Source of the DNA: an uncultured Gammaproteobacteria bacterium
GTDB lineage: Bacteria; Pseudomonadota; Gammaproteobacteria; CAVYTG01
DNA: 64,000 nucleotides
Assembly (NCBI GenBank): GCA_963771515.1
Contig: CAVYTG010000001.1
Span: 249,357-313,356 of the forward strand
Direction of reading: 5' to 3'
In this document: positions 19,533 to 27,902 of the stretch, piece after piece
How positions within the stretch are numbered: the stretch's first letter is position 1
Layout of the letters: each line of letters opens with the position of its first letter
Made by a program: the position numbers and the translations under genes
The notes under the pieces: generated by a model
Database searches by the model: none
What the model was told of the DNA's origin: nothing
What the model saw: only the letters and a program-made list of their open reading frames with translations

Positions 19533-20831
19533 GTGACCAAAAAAAGCATTGTTGTTTTATCACAGGATTTGCTGTCGTTTCAGAAAGAAAAAGATCATAC
19601 AAAAGACACAAGGTTTAAAAAAAATTATCGAAATGGCCTGTTAGTATTGATTTTAGTGCTAATCTGCTTACAATTTTTTTTCTCAGCAGCTCAGATATTG
19701 AATAAATCTGTAAATAAACGGCTCACTCGATGGGGCGGCCGGGCATTAATAGGAGTGGTGCAAAAAATTTATACTTCAAGACCTGTTTTTAGCTATAAAA
19801 CGTTTTCTTCTGGTAAGTGGCAAAAGCAGTTTGAATTGTGGTTTACAAATGCTGTGCCTTTTAGAGCACGGATAGTGAGAGGTCATAATCAGTTTTATTT
19901 TCAAGTATTTAAAAAAGCATATCCTCCAAATATTATTATTGGGAAGCAAGGTTATTTGTTTGGCAGTCCTTATATTGAAAAGTATTATAACACGCTAAAA
20001 AAGGACTACGATCCAAAAAGTTTTGAGGTCTGGGCAGATGACTTGCAAGCACTTGCACAGTTTTTTGCACAACGAGGTCAGCAGTTTATTTATTTTATTA
20101 CCCCTTCAAAATCTACCTATTTTTCAGAGTATCTTCCAGAGTGTCATCGTTGTAATAAAAATAAAGTACGGCCAGATTATCACCTTGCGACTCATACTTT
20201 AAAAAAACGAGGGTTTGGGTTTGTAGATACTAGTGAAATGGTATTGCGTTTAAAAAAAGATTTTCGATTTTATCTTTTTCCAAAAGGCGGGGTGCATTGG
20301 ACAGATTTGGCGGCTGCTTATGCTGCGCAAAGTTTAGTGAAACACATTCAAACTCAAAATCCAATCATCTCCAATTTCACATTTAGCTATAGATTGGTGC
20401 CTGTTAAACAGAGTAAATGCATGTATGATGCAGATTTTTTATATTTGGCTAATCTAAGCGCTCCACCCTTAGGTTACGAGGTTCCAAACGTGATTATTAC
20501 AAAACCTCAAAAAGGAAAAGAGAAATTAAAGGTGGCATTTATAGGAGGCAGTTTTACAAATCAGCCTGGTAAAATTTTGGCTCAGACTCAGCTGTTTAAG
20601 CAGATTGATATTTACAATTATTTGATCGTTAGGCATCAGCAGTATGTTAAAGACGGTGAATTGCCTGAACAAATCATGTTGAAATCTGATAAGCATGTCT
20701 ATTACCCGGAAGATTATAAAGATTTATGGAATGCGGATGTTGTGATTCTTGAGGAAAATGAACAAAACTTAAGGTCAAAACACTTTAAATTGTTGTTGAA
20801 AAGAACGATAGGGAGAGAAGCGGAATATTAG
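19533..20831 (+). CDS. Paralog 2 of the preceding gene (same architecture, ~45-50% identity by eye).
   Basis: Shares GVVQK, NQFYFQ, GQQFIYFITPSKS, FPKGGVHWTDLAAAY and ILEENEQNLRSKHFKLL with the upstream gene; tandem with no gap. Confidence 0.35.
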   Translation: MTKKSIVVLSQDLLSFQKEKDHTKDTRFKKNYRNGLLVLILVLICLQFFFSAAQILNKSVNKRLTRWGGRALIGVVQKIYTSRPVFSYKTFSSGKWQKQFELWFTNAVPFRARIVRGHNQFYFQVFKKAYPPNIIIGKQGYLFGSPYIEKYYNTLKKDYDPKSFEVWADDLQALAQFFAQRGQQFIYFITPSKSTYFSEYLPECHRCNKNKVRPDYHLATHTLKKRGFGFVDTSEMVLRLKKDFRFYLFPKGGVHWTDLAAAYAAQSLVKHIQTQNPIISNFTFSYRLVPVKQSKCMYDADFLYLANLSAPPLGYEVPNVIITKPQKGKEKLKVAFIGGSFTNQPGKILAQTQLFKQIDIYNYLIVRHQQYVKDGELPEQIMLKSDKHVYYPEDYKDLWNADVVILEENEQNLRSKHFKLLLKRTIGREAEY

Positions 20832-20845
20832 GGTGTACCTGCTAT

Positions 20846-21490
20846 TCACCTCGGTTGCATTACTTGAGTTGTACAGTAGCCGACAATGTATCCTAAAACT
20901 GCACCAGCGATGATATCAGATACGAAGTGGTAATTCATGCCCAGGATGCCTACAACCGTTAAAAAACAGAGCGTCACAGATAACCAGCGTAGACGAGGGA
21001 ATAAAATCCATAGGGCTGTCATCGAAGCAAACATTAATGCTGTGTGTCCAGAAGGAAATGATTGATACCAAGTGCCGCCGTGGAAAAAATGAAATCCGTA
21101 AGCATTATGCTCGATGAGAGAAGGGTTTCCATGTGTCCAGGTTAAAGTCCAATATCGGCCAAAGATAAATTTGAGAAGATCTTTAAAGAAAGCCGTTAGT
21201 ACCAGACTGTTAGCGATGGTTAATAGCTTTTCATCTAACAAGCTGACTTTTTGATAAAAAAATCGCCATATAAAATAAACATAAAATAGAGTGGTCGCAA
21301 CGACCAAAACTTCAATGATTTGTGTAAACCCCTTCAGGATGTGCCATTGATCAAATTTTTGGTCATGGATCCAAAAGGCCACGTCTTTATCAATGTAAAA
21401 ATAACAAATGTAAATTGCCAAGCTTGAGATGGCGAGCAAAATTATCCCTTTGGTAATTGAAGCGTTTTGAGGGAGGATAGAAGTTTTCAT
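20846..21490 (-). CDS. PAP2-family membrane phosphatase (lipid phosphate / undecaprenyl-PP / lipid A phosphatase family).
   Basis: KxxxxxxRP-like, PSGH (SFPSGHTALMF) and SRxxxxxHxxxD-like motifs across TM segments. Confidence 0.7.
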   Translation of the reverse strand: MKTSILPQNASITKGIILLAISSLAIYICYFYIDKDVAFWIHDQKFDQWHILKGFTQIIEVLVVATTLFYVYFIWRFFYQKVSLLDEKLLTIANSLVLTAFFKDLLKFIFGRYWTLTWTHGNPSLIEHNAYGFHFFHGGTWYQSFPSGHTALMFASMTALWILFPRLRWLSVTLCFLTVVGILGMNYHFVSDIIAGAVLGYIVGYCTTQVMQPR

Positions 21491-21618
21491 CAGAGAATTT
21501 CCTTTTTAAAATACTGTTCTAGACAAGGTCATTTGTTTTAAAATAACAATTTTAAGCATACCTTTATGCTGAATGGCATAGTGGGGCGTTACTGGCGTTA
21601 TCAACGGAATTTACAATT

Positions 21619-23031
21619 ATGCTTTTTTATAGCCCATTATTTTTATTTCTTTTCCTTCCGGCAGCGTTTCTTCTATTTTTTGCGGTGCCTAAAAGGCTTC
21701 AAAATACCGTATTACTTTCAGTCAGCTTTTTTTTCTACTTTTTTGCAGAACCTAAGTTTGCTTTAATTGCCCTGGCGTCTGCGATAGCAGATTACTGGAT
21801 TTGTAAGGGAATTCACAAAGAGCAAGGCAACCAACGAGCGCGTTATTGGTTAGCATTGGGCGTTATGCTGAATTTGTCAGCCTTAGTCTATTTTAAATAC
21901 ATGGATTTTTTCATTCAATCTATTAATAGTTTTCTGACTCCGCTCAATGTGAATGCGATACCCTTTCTGAAGATTGCATTACCCATTGGAGTTTCATTTA
22001 TTGTTTTTGAGAAGATTACCTATTTGGTTGATGTGTATCGAGGAATTGGGTTACCTGCTAAATCTTTAAGAAGCTATTTGCTATATGTGTTTATGTTTCC
22101 CAAGCTGCTTGCTGGCCCCATTGTGAAATATCATGATATTGCTGCTCAATTGGCTACTCGAAAGCGTCGGGATTGGGATAATTTTTTTGAGGGATTCAAG
22201 CGCTTTTTGTTGGGTTTAGTTAAGAAGCTTTTATTGGCAGATACGGTGGGGGAAATTGCAGATAAGGTGTTTGGGTTGCCGCTTGGTCAGATTGGATTTG
22301 GTAATGCCTGGCTGGGGATGGTCTGTTTTACTTTGCAGATTTATCTGGATTTTTCAGCGTATTCAGATATGGCGATTGGTTTAGCTCGAATGTTTGGGTT
22401 CAGGTTGCTTGAAAACTTTAATATGCCTTATATTGCGACCAGTTTTACCGATTTTTGGCGGCGTTGGCACATTTCTTTGTCTACCTGGATTAAGGAATAT
22501 CTCTATTATCCATTAGGAGGAAATCGGGGAGGACAGTTGAGAACTTACATGAACCTTTGGGTTTGTTTCTTGCTGTCAGGGTTATGGCATGGGGCAAGTT
22601 GGACTTTTGTGTTGTGGGGGGCTTACAACGGTGTGTTTTTGGTCATAGATAAGCTGGGATGGTTAACGCTCACCCGTTCATGGCCACGTTTTATCACATC
22701 AGGTCTCACGCTTCTGTTTGTTATGATCGGTTGGGTGATATTTCGTTCAACTTCTTTAGAGCAAGCAGTAGTATATTTAAGTATGCTGTTTAGTCCTTCG
22801 AAGGAAGGAGTCATTATTTATATCGCTTCAAATGTATGGTGGGCGATTGGGATTGGGGCCGTGATTAGCCTGGTTCCATTAATGAGAGTTTACGATGCAT
22901 TTATGCAGTTTTGGCGATCACAGCCAATAGCCTTGTATATAGAGCATCTTGCTTTGATGCTGTTTTCTTTGTTGGCGATTAGTCGTGCTGTAGTTTCTAC
23001 ATTCAATCCATTTTTGTATTTTAGATTTTAA
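21619..23031 (+). CDS. MBOAT-family membrane O-acyltransferase (AlgI/DltB/PatA-like).
   Basis: 470 aa polytopic; conserved MBOAT His region (WRRWHISLSTW); typical AlgI-like length. Confidence 0.8.
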   Translation: MLFYSPLFLFLFLPAAFLLFFAVPKRLQNTVLLSVSFFFYFFAEPKFALIALASAIADYWICKGIHKEQGNQRARYWLALGVMLNLSALVYFKYMDFFIQSINSFLTPLNVNAIPFLKIALPIGVSFIVFEKITYLVDVYRGIGLPAKSLRSYLLYVFMFPKLLAGPIVKYHDIAAQLATRKRRDWDNFFEGFKRFLLGLVKKLLLADTVGEIADKVFGLPLGQIGFGNAWLGMVCFTLQIYLDFSAYSDMAIGLARMFGFRLLENFNMPYIATSFTDFWRRWHISLSTWIKEYLYYPLGGNRGGQLRTYMNLWVCFLLSGLWHGASWTFVLWGAYNGVFLVIDKLGWLTLTRSWPRFITSGLTLLFVMIGWVIFRSTSLEQAVVYLSMLFSPSKEGVIIYIASNVWWAIGIGAVISLVPLMRVYDAFMQFWRSQPIALYIEHLALMLFSLLAISRAVVSTFNPFLYFRF

Positions 23032-23037
23032 CCTAAA

Positions 23038-23221
23038 TTAAGGAAGGAGTTAGGGCGTGTCATCCATTAATTTTTTAGTTTCAAAACGCGTATAATGGGT
23101 CAAATTTCAAGCAAATTTTCTTTACCTATATGAATAGGCTTCCTCAAATTTACTCAAAATTTGACTCCATTACCCACATTTTGCAACAAAACAATGAAAT
23201 GTAAACACACCCTAATGGATA
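23038..23221. repeat. AT-rich MITE/REP-like element, full copy with 16-bp TIRs (ttagggcgtgtcatcc / ggataacacgccctac) and a conserved core with cgcgtataatgggtcaaattt and gcttcctcaaattt.
   Basis: Core shared with 26302 and 53986 (full) and 24651, 33439, 1893 (partial); sits between the convergent MBOAT and rmuC genes. Confidence 0.75.
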
Positions 23222-23228
23222 ACACGCC

Positions 23229-24542
23229 CTACTCTGTCGTTGTTTCTTCGTTTGTTTCAAGCAAATCATTTGCTAACTCTGCTTTTTCAATTTTTTGGAA
23301 ACGACGGATGATTTTTTGAGATGAGGTTTGAACTTGCTCCACATCCTGATGGGCCAAGTTAATGTGTCTAGAGAGCTTCTCAATGCGTTCCTGAAAGCGA
23401 TGAAAGTCTTCTCCAAGTTTAATTAAATGTTCCTGGATAATGTGCACTTGTTTTTGAGTTTCAATATCTTTTAGAACCGCTCTTGCGGTGGTTAATATCG
23501 CCATCAGTGTAGTAGGGGAGACGATCCAGACTTTAAGGCGGTGAGCAGATTCAATGAGATCAGGATGGCGAGCATGAATTTCTGCAAACACAGCTTCTGC
23601 AGGGATAAACATGACGGCTCCATCGGCAGTTTCTCCTGGAATAATATATTTTTTAGCAATATCTTGGATATGTTTTTGAATGCTTTCCTTGAATAGGCGT
23701 TCTACTTGTGGGTATTGATTTTTAGGGAGGTCGTGCTGTGTTAGTTGATGATAGTTTTCCAGCGGGAATTTCGCATCAATGGCAATGTGCCCTGTGGGCT
23801 GAGGGAGGTAAAGCATACAGTCAGGACGTTTTCCATTAGAGAGGGTTGGCTGGATATCAAAGTTTTGTTCTGGTAAGACATTTCGAATAAGTGAATAAAG
23901 TTGAATTTCGCCAAAAACACCTCGGGAGCGTTTGTCGGAGAGAATTTCTTGAAGGCTTACGACCTCGGTTGATAGTTCTGTGATCTTTTTTTGTGCTTCA
24001 TCAATCAGTGCAAGGCGTTTGACAATATCGGTAAATACCGCGTTGGTTTTTTCAAACCCCTCTGACAGACGCTTTTCTACTTGTCCGCTGATTTCTTTCA
24101 GATGTTTTTCCGTGCTTTGGTTTAATTTATCAATACTGGTAGTCATTGTATCGGTATTTAGCTTGAGTGCATTGAGGCTTTCTTGTCTGATTTCCTGAAA
24201 CCCCTTTTGGAGGCTTTCGTATAGCGTTTTGAGGTTTGAGAGTTGTTGTTTATCTAATTGATGTTGAAATTGATGTTGAGATTCCTGTTGTTCTTTAAAT
24301 CGCTGTAAAATTTGATTAAAAATATGTTGATGATGTTGAATTTCATATTTGTGGCGTTCTTCCAGGCGGACACCTAGATCATCCTGTTGTTTGCTTTGTT
24401 GCTCAATTTGGAGGCAGGTTTCGGTTAAAGACTGCCTAAACTTTCTGGTTTGGTAAAAAATGAATAAGGTGATCAGTATCGTAAAAATAAAAACGGTAAT
24501 CAGCAAGCCGATTTCCAGAGGGGAAAGTGTTATGTTGAGCAC
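23229..24542 (-). CDS. rmuC: DNA recombination protein RmuC.
   Basis: N-terminal TM, long coiled coil, C-terminal RmuC nuclease-like domain; typical length. Confidence 0.8.
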   Translation of the reverse strand: MLNITLSPLEIGLLITVFIFTILITLFIFYQTRKFRQSLTETCLQIEQQSKQQDDLGVRLEERHKYEIQHHQHIFNQILQRFKEQQESQHQFQHQLDKQQLSNLKTLYESLQKGFQEIRQESLNALKLNTDTMTTSIDKLNQSTEKHLKEISGQVEKRLSEGFEKTNAVFTDIVKRLALIDEAQKKITELSTEVVSLQEILSDKRSRGVFGEIQLYSLIRNVLPEQNFDIQPTLSNGKRPDCMLYLPQPTGHIAIDAKFPLENYHQLTQHDLPKNQYPQVERLFKESIQKHIQDIAKKYIIPGETADGAVMFIPAEAVFAEIHARHPDLIESAHRLKVWIVSPTTLMAILTTARAVLKDIETQKQVHIIQEHLIKLGEDFHRFQERIEKLSRHINLAHQDVEQVQTSSQKIIRRFQKIEKAELANDLLETNEETTTE

Positions 24543-24650
24543 AATGACAGAGTTCCGTTATTTAGAGATTAGGAAGCTATTCTAACCCCAGTTCGAAGTT
24601 TTGAATAGGGTGAAGTCTTTAGAGTTTGGACTTTGGGCAAAATCCAATAG

Positions 24651-24783
24651 AGTGTGTCCTCCATTTATTTTTTGAGCTCAAAAGGTTGTATGGTGGGTCA
24701 AATTTAATGCAAATTTACACAAAATTTGCCGCCATTATTCGCATTTTGAACTTAAAAAATAAATGGAGGACACACCCTAATAA
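24651..24783. repeat. AT-rich MITE/REP-like element with ~35-bp TIRs (gtgtcctccatttattttttgagctcaaaa / ttttgaacttaaaaaataaatggaggacacaccctaa) and a shortened core.
   Basis: Core gggtcaaattt...caaaatttgcc..cattat.c.cattttg matches other copies with an internal deletion. Confidence 0.75.
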
Positions 24784-24801
24784 CTTGTTATTCTGGTTAT
24801 T

Positions 24802-25512
24802 CTAGCAGTCTAAGAGCTTGGAATTTTTGAAATATTCTTTTTTAGGGTAATACGTAAAGAGAATTGTTCCGTTTTTAATTTTATTGATTAAAGGTTTGGC
24901 AACCTGGTACGGTACAGCGGGGCATCCCCAGCTGAGGCCTAGCCTTCCATGTTTTTTTAAAAATTTTGAGCTGACGTAAGAGGCGCCATGCATGACAATG
25001 GCACGTGGTCTTGCGCGACCATTAAACCCTTTTTCCATGCCATTGAGTCTAAGCGATGCGCCATGGGAGCCTGTATATTTTTCTGCTGTGACAAATAATC
25101 CAAGGCTGCTTTGTTTGCTGTTGGGGCGGTCTGAAAAATGTTGGGCATTTAATTTTCCAGAGTTTTTCCCATGGGCAACCCATGATCGGAAGAGTAATTT
25201 GTTGGTAGCGATGTCGAATGTCCAAAGCCTGGGTTTGTTGGAGGGTTTGGAGTAATCAATTACGGTTAAATAGGGTTTCTTGACATGGCCTCTTTTAGCG
25301 GCGCAATGATAAGCTTTTAATGCTGTTTTCAACGCATTTTGACTAATATCGGGCGCTTTTTTAGATAATATATGGGTTTTTTTATGAATATGCTGAGAGC
25401 TGTATGTGCCAGGTTGCTTTGTCTGAGATATCGAGGTTTGTTTTTCCTGTCCTGCATGAGCGGGTTGGTTGAAGAATGAAGAAAAGAGAACTGGAAGTAA
25501 AATCTTTATCAT
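24802..25512 (-). CDS. L,D-transpeptidase catalytic-domain family protein (secreted).
   Basis: Signal peptide; HGASYVSS...GLSWGCPAV matches the H...S.GC catalytic motif of YkuD-type L,D-transpeptidases. Confidence 0.55.
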   Translation of the reverse strand: MIKILLPVLFSSFFNQPAHAGQEKQTSISQTKQPGTYSSQHIHKKTHILSKKAPDISQNALKTALKAYHCAAKRGHVKKPYLTVIDYSKPSNKPRLWTFDIATNKLLFRSWVAHGKNSGKLNAQHFSDRPNSKQSSLGLFVTAEKYTGSHGASLRLNGMEKGFNGRARPRAIVMHGASYVSSKFLKKHGRLGLSWGCPAVPYQVAKPLINKIKNGTILFTYYPKKEYFKNSKLLDC

Positions 25513-25615
25513 TTTTGTTTTATTTTTATGTGGTTACAGTTTTTTTTTGATGTGAATTCGCATTTTATTGCATTCAGAGAAAAACATCAAGTTGAGAACC
25601 TATTAGGGGCTTTGT

Positions 25616-26278
25616 CTACTGTTTTTCAAAAATAAAATCCCAGATGCCGTGTCCTAGATTTTTCCCTCTGGTTTCAAATTTTGTAATAGGTCTTGAGGTA
25701 TGGATTGGAGTGGGTTTAAAACCAGAGTTTTGTGACATAACAGCAGACATATGTTGAGCATAGTCTTTCCAGTCGGTTGCCAAATGTAATTTTCCGCCTA
25801 AAATGAGTTTTTGATGAGTCAGTTTAACAAAATCTGGTTGGACGATTCTTCTTTTGTTGTGTCTTCGTTTTGGCCAGGGATCAGGAAATAATACATAAAT
25901 AGCTTCCAGGCTTTCATCCGGGATAGTGTTTTTTAGTACTTCAATGGCATCTGCGCAGAAAACTCTGACATTCGTTAGTGCTTGTTTTTTTAGCTTTAAA
26001 AGCAGCGAGCCCAAGCCAGGTTTATGAACATCGATGCCTATGAAATTTTTATCAGGATGATGTTCTGCAAGATGGAGAAGCGTATCGCCGTTTCCAAACC
26101 CAATTTCAAGTATGACTGGGTTTGGAGAAGAGAAAATATGTTCAAAATCTAAAAAGTGATCTTGAAGATTCAGCCCAAAGCTTGACCACTCTTCTGAGAG
26201 TGCTTTTCTTTGGCCTTCACTCATATGACCTTGCCTTAGAACAAAGCTTTTGATGTGTTGATCAGGTTTTTTTATCAT
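25616..26278 (-). CDS. trmB: tRNA (guanine46-N7)-methyltransferase.
   Basis: SAM-binding LEIGFGNGD motif and conserved FPDPWPKRRH. Confidence 0.85.
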   Translation of the reverse strand: MIKKPDQHIKSFVLRQGHMSEGQRKALSEEWSSFGLNLQDHFLDFEHIFSSPNPVILEIGFGNGDTLLHLAEHHPDKNFIGIDVHKPGLGSLLLKLKKQALTNVRVFCADAIEVLKNTIPDESLEAIYVLFPDPWPKRRHNKRRIVQPDFVKLTHQKLILGGKLHLATDWKDYAQHMSAVMSQNSGFKPTPIHTSRPITKFETRGKNLGHGIWDFIFEKQ

Positions 26279-26301
26279 AGACTCTAGGGCGTTTTTTGAA
26301 T

Positions 26302-26470
26302 TTAGGGTGTATCTTCAATTTATATTTTGAACTCAAAACGCGTATAATGGGTTAAATTTCACGTAAATTTTCGTCACATATTTTAATATGCTTCCTCAAA
26401 TTTACACAAAATTTCCCTCAATTACCCGCGTTTTGAGTTCAAAATATAAATTTAAGACACACCCTAATAT
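26302..26470. repeat. AT-rich MITE/REP-like element, full copy with ~40-bp TIRs (tagggtgtatcttcaatttatattttgaactcaaaacgcg / cgcgttttgagttcaaaatataaatttaagacacaccctaa) and the conserved core.
   Basis: Core cgcgtataatgggttaaattt...atatgcttcctcaaatttacacaaaattt; lies in the divergent trmB-mutY promoter region. Confidence 0.8.
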
Positions 26471-26478
26471 AGACCTCG

Positions 26479-27546
26479 ATGATAACAGAAAAATTTTCTG
26501 ACAAAATACTTTGTTGGTTTGATCAGCAGGGAAGAAAGAATTTGCCGTGGCAGCAAAACATGACATCTTATCGTGTTTGGATCTCAGAAATCATGTTGCA
26601 GCAAACACAAGTAAAAACAGTTGTTCCTTATTTTCAGGCATTTATGGCGAGATTTCCTGATGTGTTCAGCTTGGCGGAGGGGAGTATAGATGAGGTGTTA
26701 GGGTTGTGGTCAGGATTGGGTTATTATGCTAGAGCAAGAAACTTGCACCAGGCAGCCCAAATTCTGGTTTCTCAATATCATGGGAAATTTCCAGATACAT
26801 TGGCAGCCTTGTGTGATTTGCCGGGTATTGGCCGTTCGACTGCAGGGGCTATTTTATCCATTAGTCAGGGGAGGCAAGCAGCAATTTTGGATGGGAATGT
26901 ACGAAGAGTATTGTGTCGATTTCAGGCCATAGAAGGGTTTCCAGGGGAGGCCAGAGTTCAAAAACAGCTTTGGGCTTTGGCAGAGCAATATACACCAGCA
27001 AGCAGAGCCGGTGATTATGCTCAAGCGATGATGGATTTAGGCTCAATGGTTTGTAAACGATCTTCGCCGGATTGTTCGCACTGTCCTTTGAAAGAAAGGT
27101 GTGTTGCCTATCAGCAGGGAAATGTTCAGGATTATCCCTGGCCGAAGCCCAAAAAAAATAAGCCGGTCAAATCCTGCTTGATGTTACTGCTCACATCAGG
27201 AGAGAAACTGTTGCTTTATCAGCGTGATTCAACAGGTATTTGGGGTGGGTTGTGGAGTTTGCCTGAATTTCAAAGTACAGAAGCGCTTCAGTGTTTTTGT
27301 CGTCAATATGATATCCTTTGGGATGTAGTGAAAACGGGTGCTTTACATCGGCATACCTTTACGCATTTTCATCTGGATGTGACGCCAGTTTATATTCAAT
27401 TGCATGAAAAGCCTGGTATTGTTATGAGGCATTATCCGCTGGCCTGGTATGGTTTTCATCAGCTTGATGTATTGGGTTTGCCAGCCTTGGTGAAAAAATT
27501 GATTAAAAAAAGAGAAGCGTATGCACAGAATGATTTACTGTCTTAA
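26479..27546 (+). CDS. mutY: A/G-specific adenine DNA glycosylase.
   Basis: HhH-GPD motif ([12 protein letters not shown]), 4Fe-4S Cys cluster (C-x6-C-x2-C-x5-C), C-terminal NUDIX-like domain. Confidence 0.9.
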   Translation: MITEKFSDKILCWFDQQGRKNLPWQQNMTSYRVWISEIMLQQTQVKTVVPYFQAFMARFPDVFSLAEGSIDEVLGLWSGLGYYARARNLHQAAQILVSQYHGKFPDTLAALCDLPGIGRSTAGAILSISQGRQAAILDGNVRRVLCRFQAIEGFPGEARVQKQLWALAEQYTPASRAGDYAQAMMDLGSMVCKRSSPDCSHCPLKERCVAYQQGNVQDYPWPKPKKNKPVKSCLMLLLTSGEKLLLYQRDSTGIWGGLWSLPEFQSTEALQCFCRQYDILWDVVKTGALHRHTFTHFHLDVTPVYIQLHEKPGIVMRHYPLAWYGFHQLDVLGLPALVKKLIKKREAYAQNDLLS

Positions 27547-27790
27547 ATTGAAAAAAGAAGCAGAAGGATTAGATGTTGCACCTTATCCTGGTGATCTGGG
27601 GCAAAAAATTTATGAGCATATTTCAAAGGAAGCCTGGCAGCTTTGGTTGAAGCATCAGACAAAATTAATCAATGAATATCGACTTAATTTGATGGAGCCT
27701 TCTGCGAGAGAGTTTTTGAAAACTGAGATGGAAAAATTTTTATGGGGTGGGGGTAGCCAGGAGCCGCCTGGCTTTGTTTCAGAGGATTAA
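27521..27790 (+). CDS. yggX: Fe(2+)-trafficking / oxidative damage protection protein YggX.
   Basis: [18 protein letters not shown]...[21 protein letters not shown] aligns with E. coli YggX; classic mutY-yggX linkage with a 26-bp overlap. Confidence 0.8.
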   Translation: MHRMIYCLKLKKEAEGLDVAPYPGDLGQKIYEHISKEAWQLWLKHQTKLINEYRLNLMEPSAREFLKTEMEKFLWGGGSQEPPGFVSED

Positions 27791-27841
27791 ATTGTTTAGC
27801 ATGTGCCCTTCTGAAACATGCTTTAGAGGCGTAAACGTTGA

Positions 27842-27902
27842 TTAGGGTGTGTCCACAATTTATTTTTTGAGCTCAAAAAATAAATTGAGGACACACCCTA
27901 AT
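27842..27902. repeat. Solo ~60-bp palindrome ttagggtgtgtccacaatttattttttgagctcaaaaaataaattgaggacacaccctaa (TIR-only member of the AT-rich family); probable bidirectional terminator between yggX and the RES toxin gene.
   Basis: Near-perfect inverted repeat with GGACACACCCTAA termini. Confidence 0.8.
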
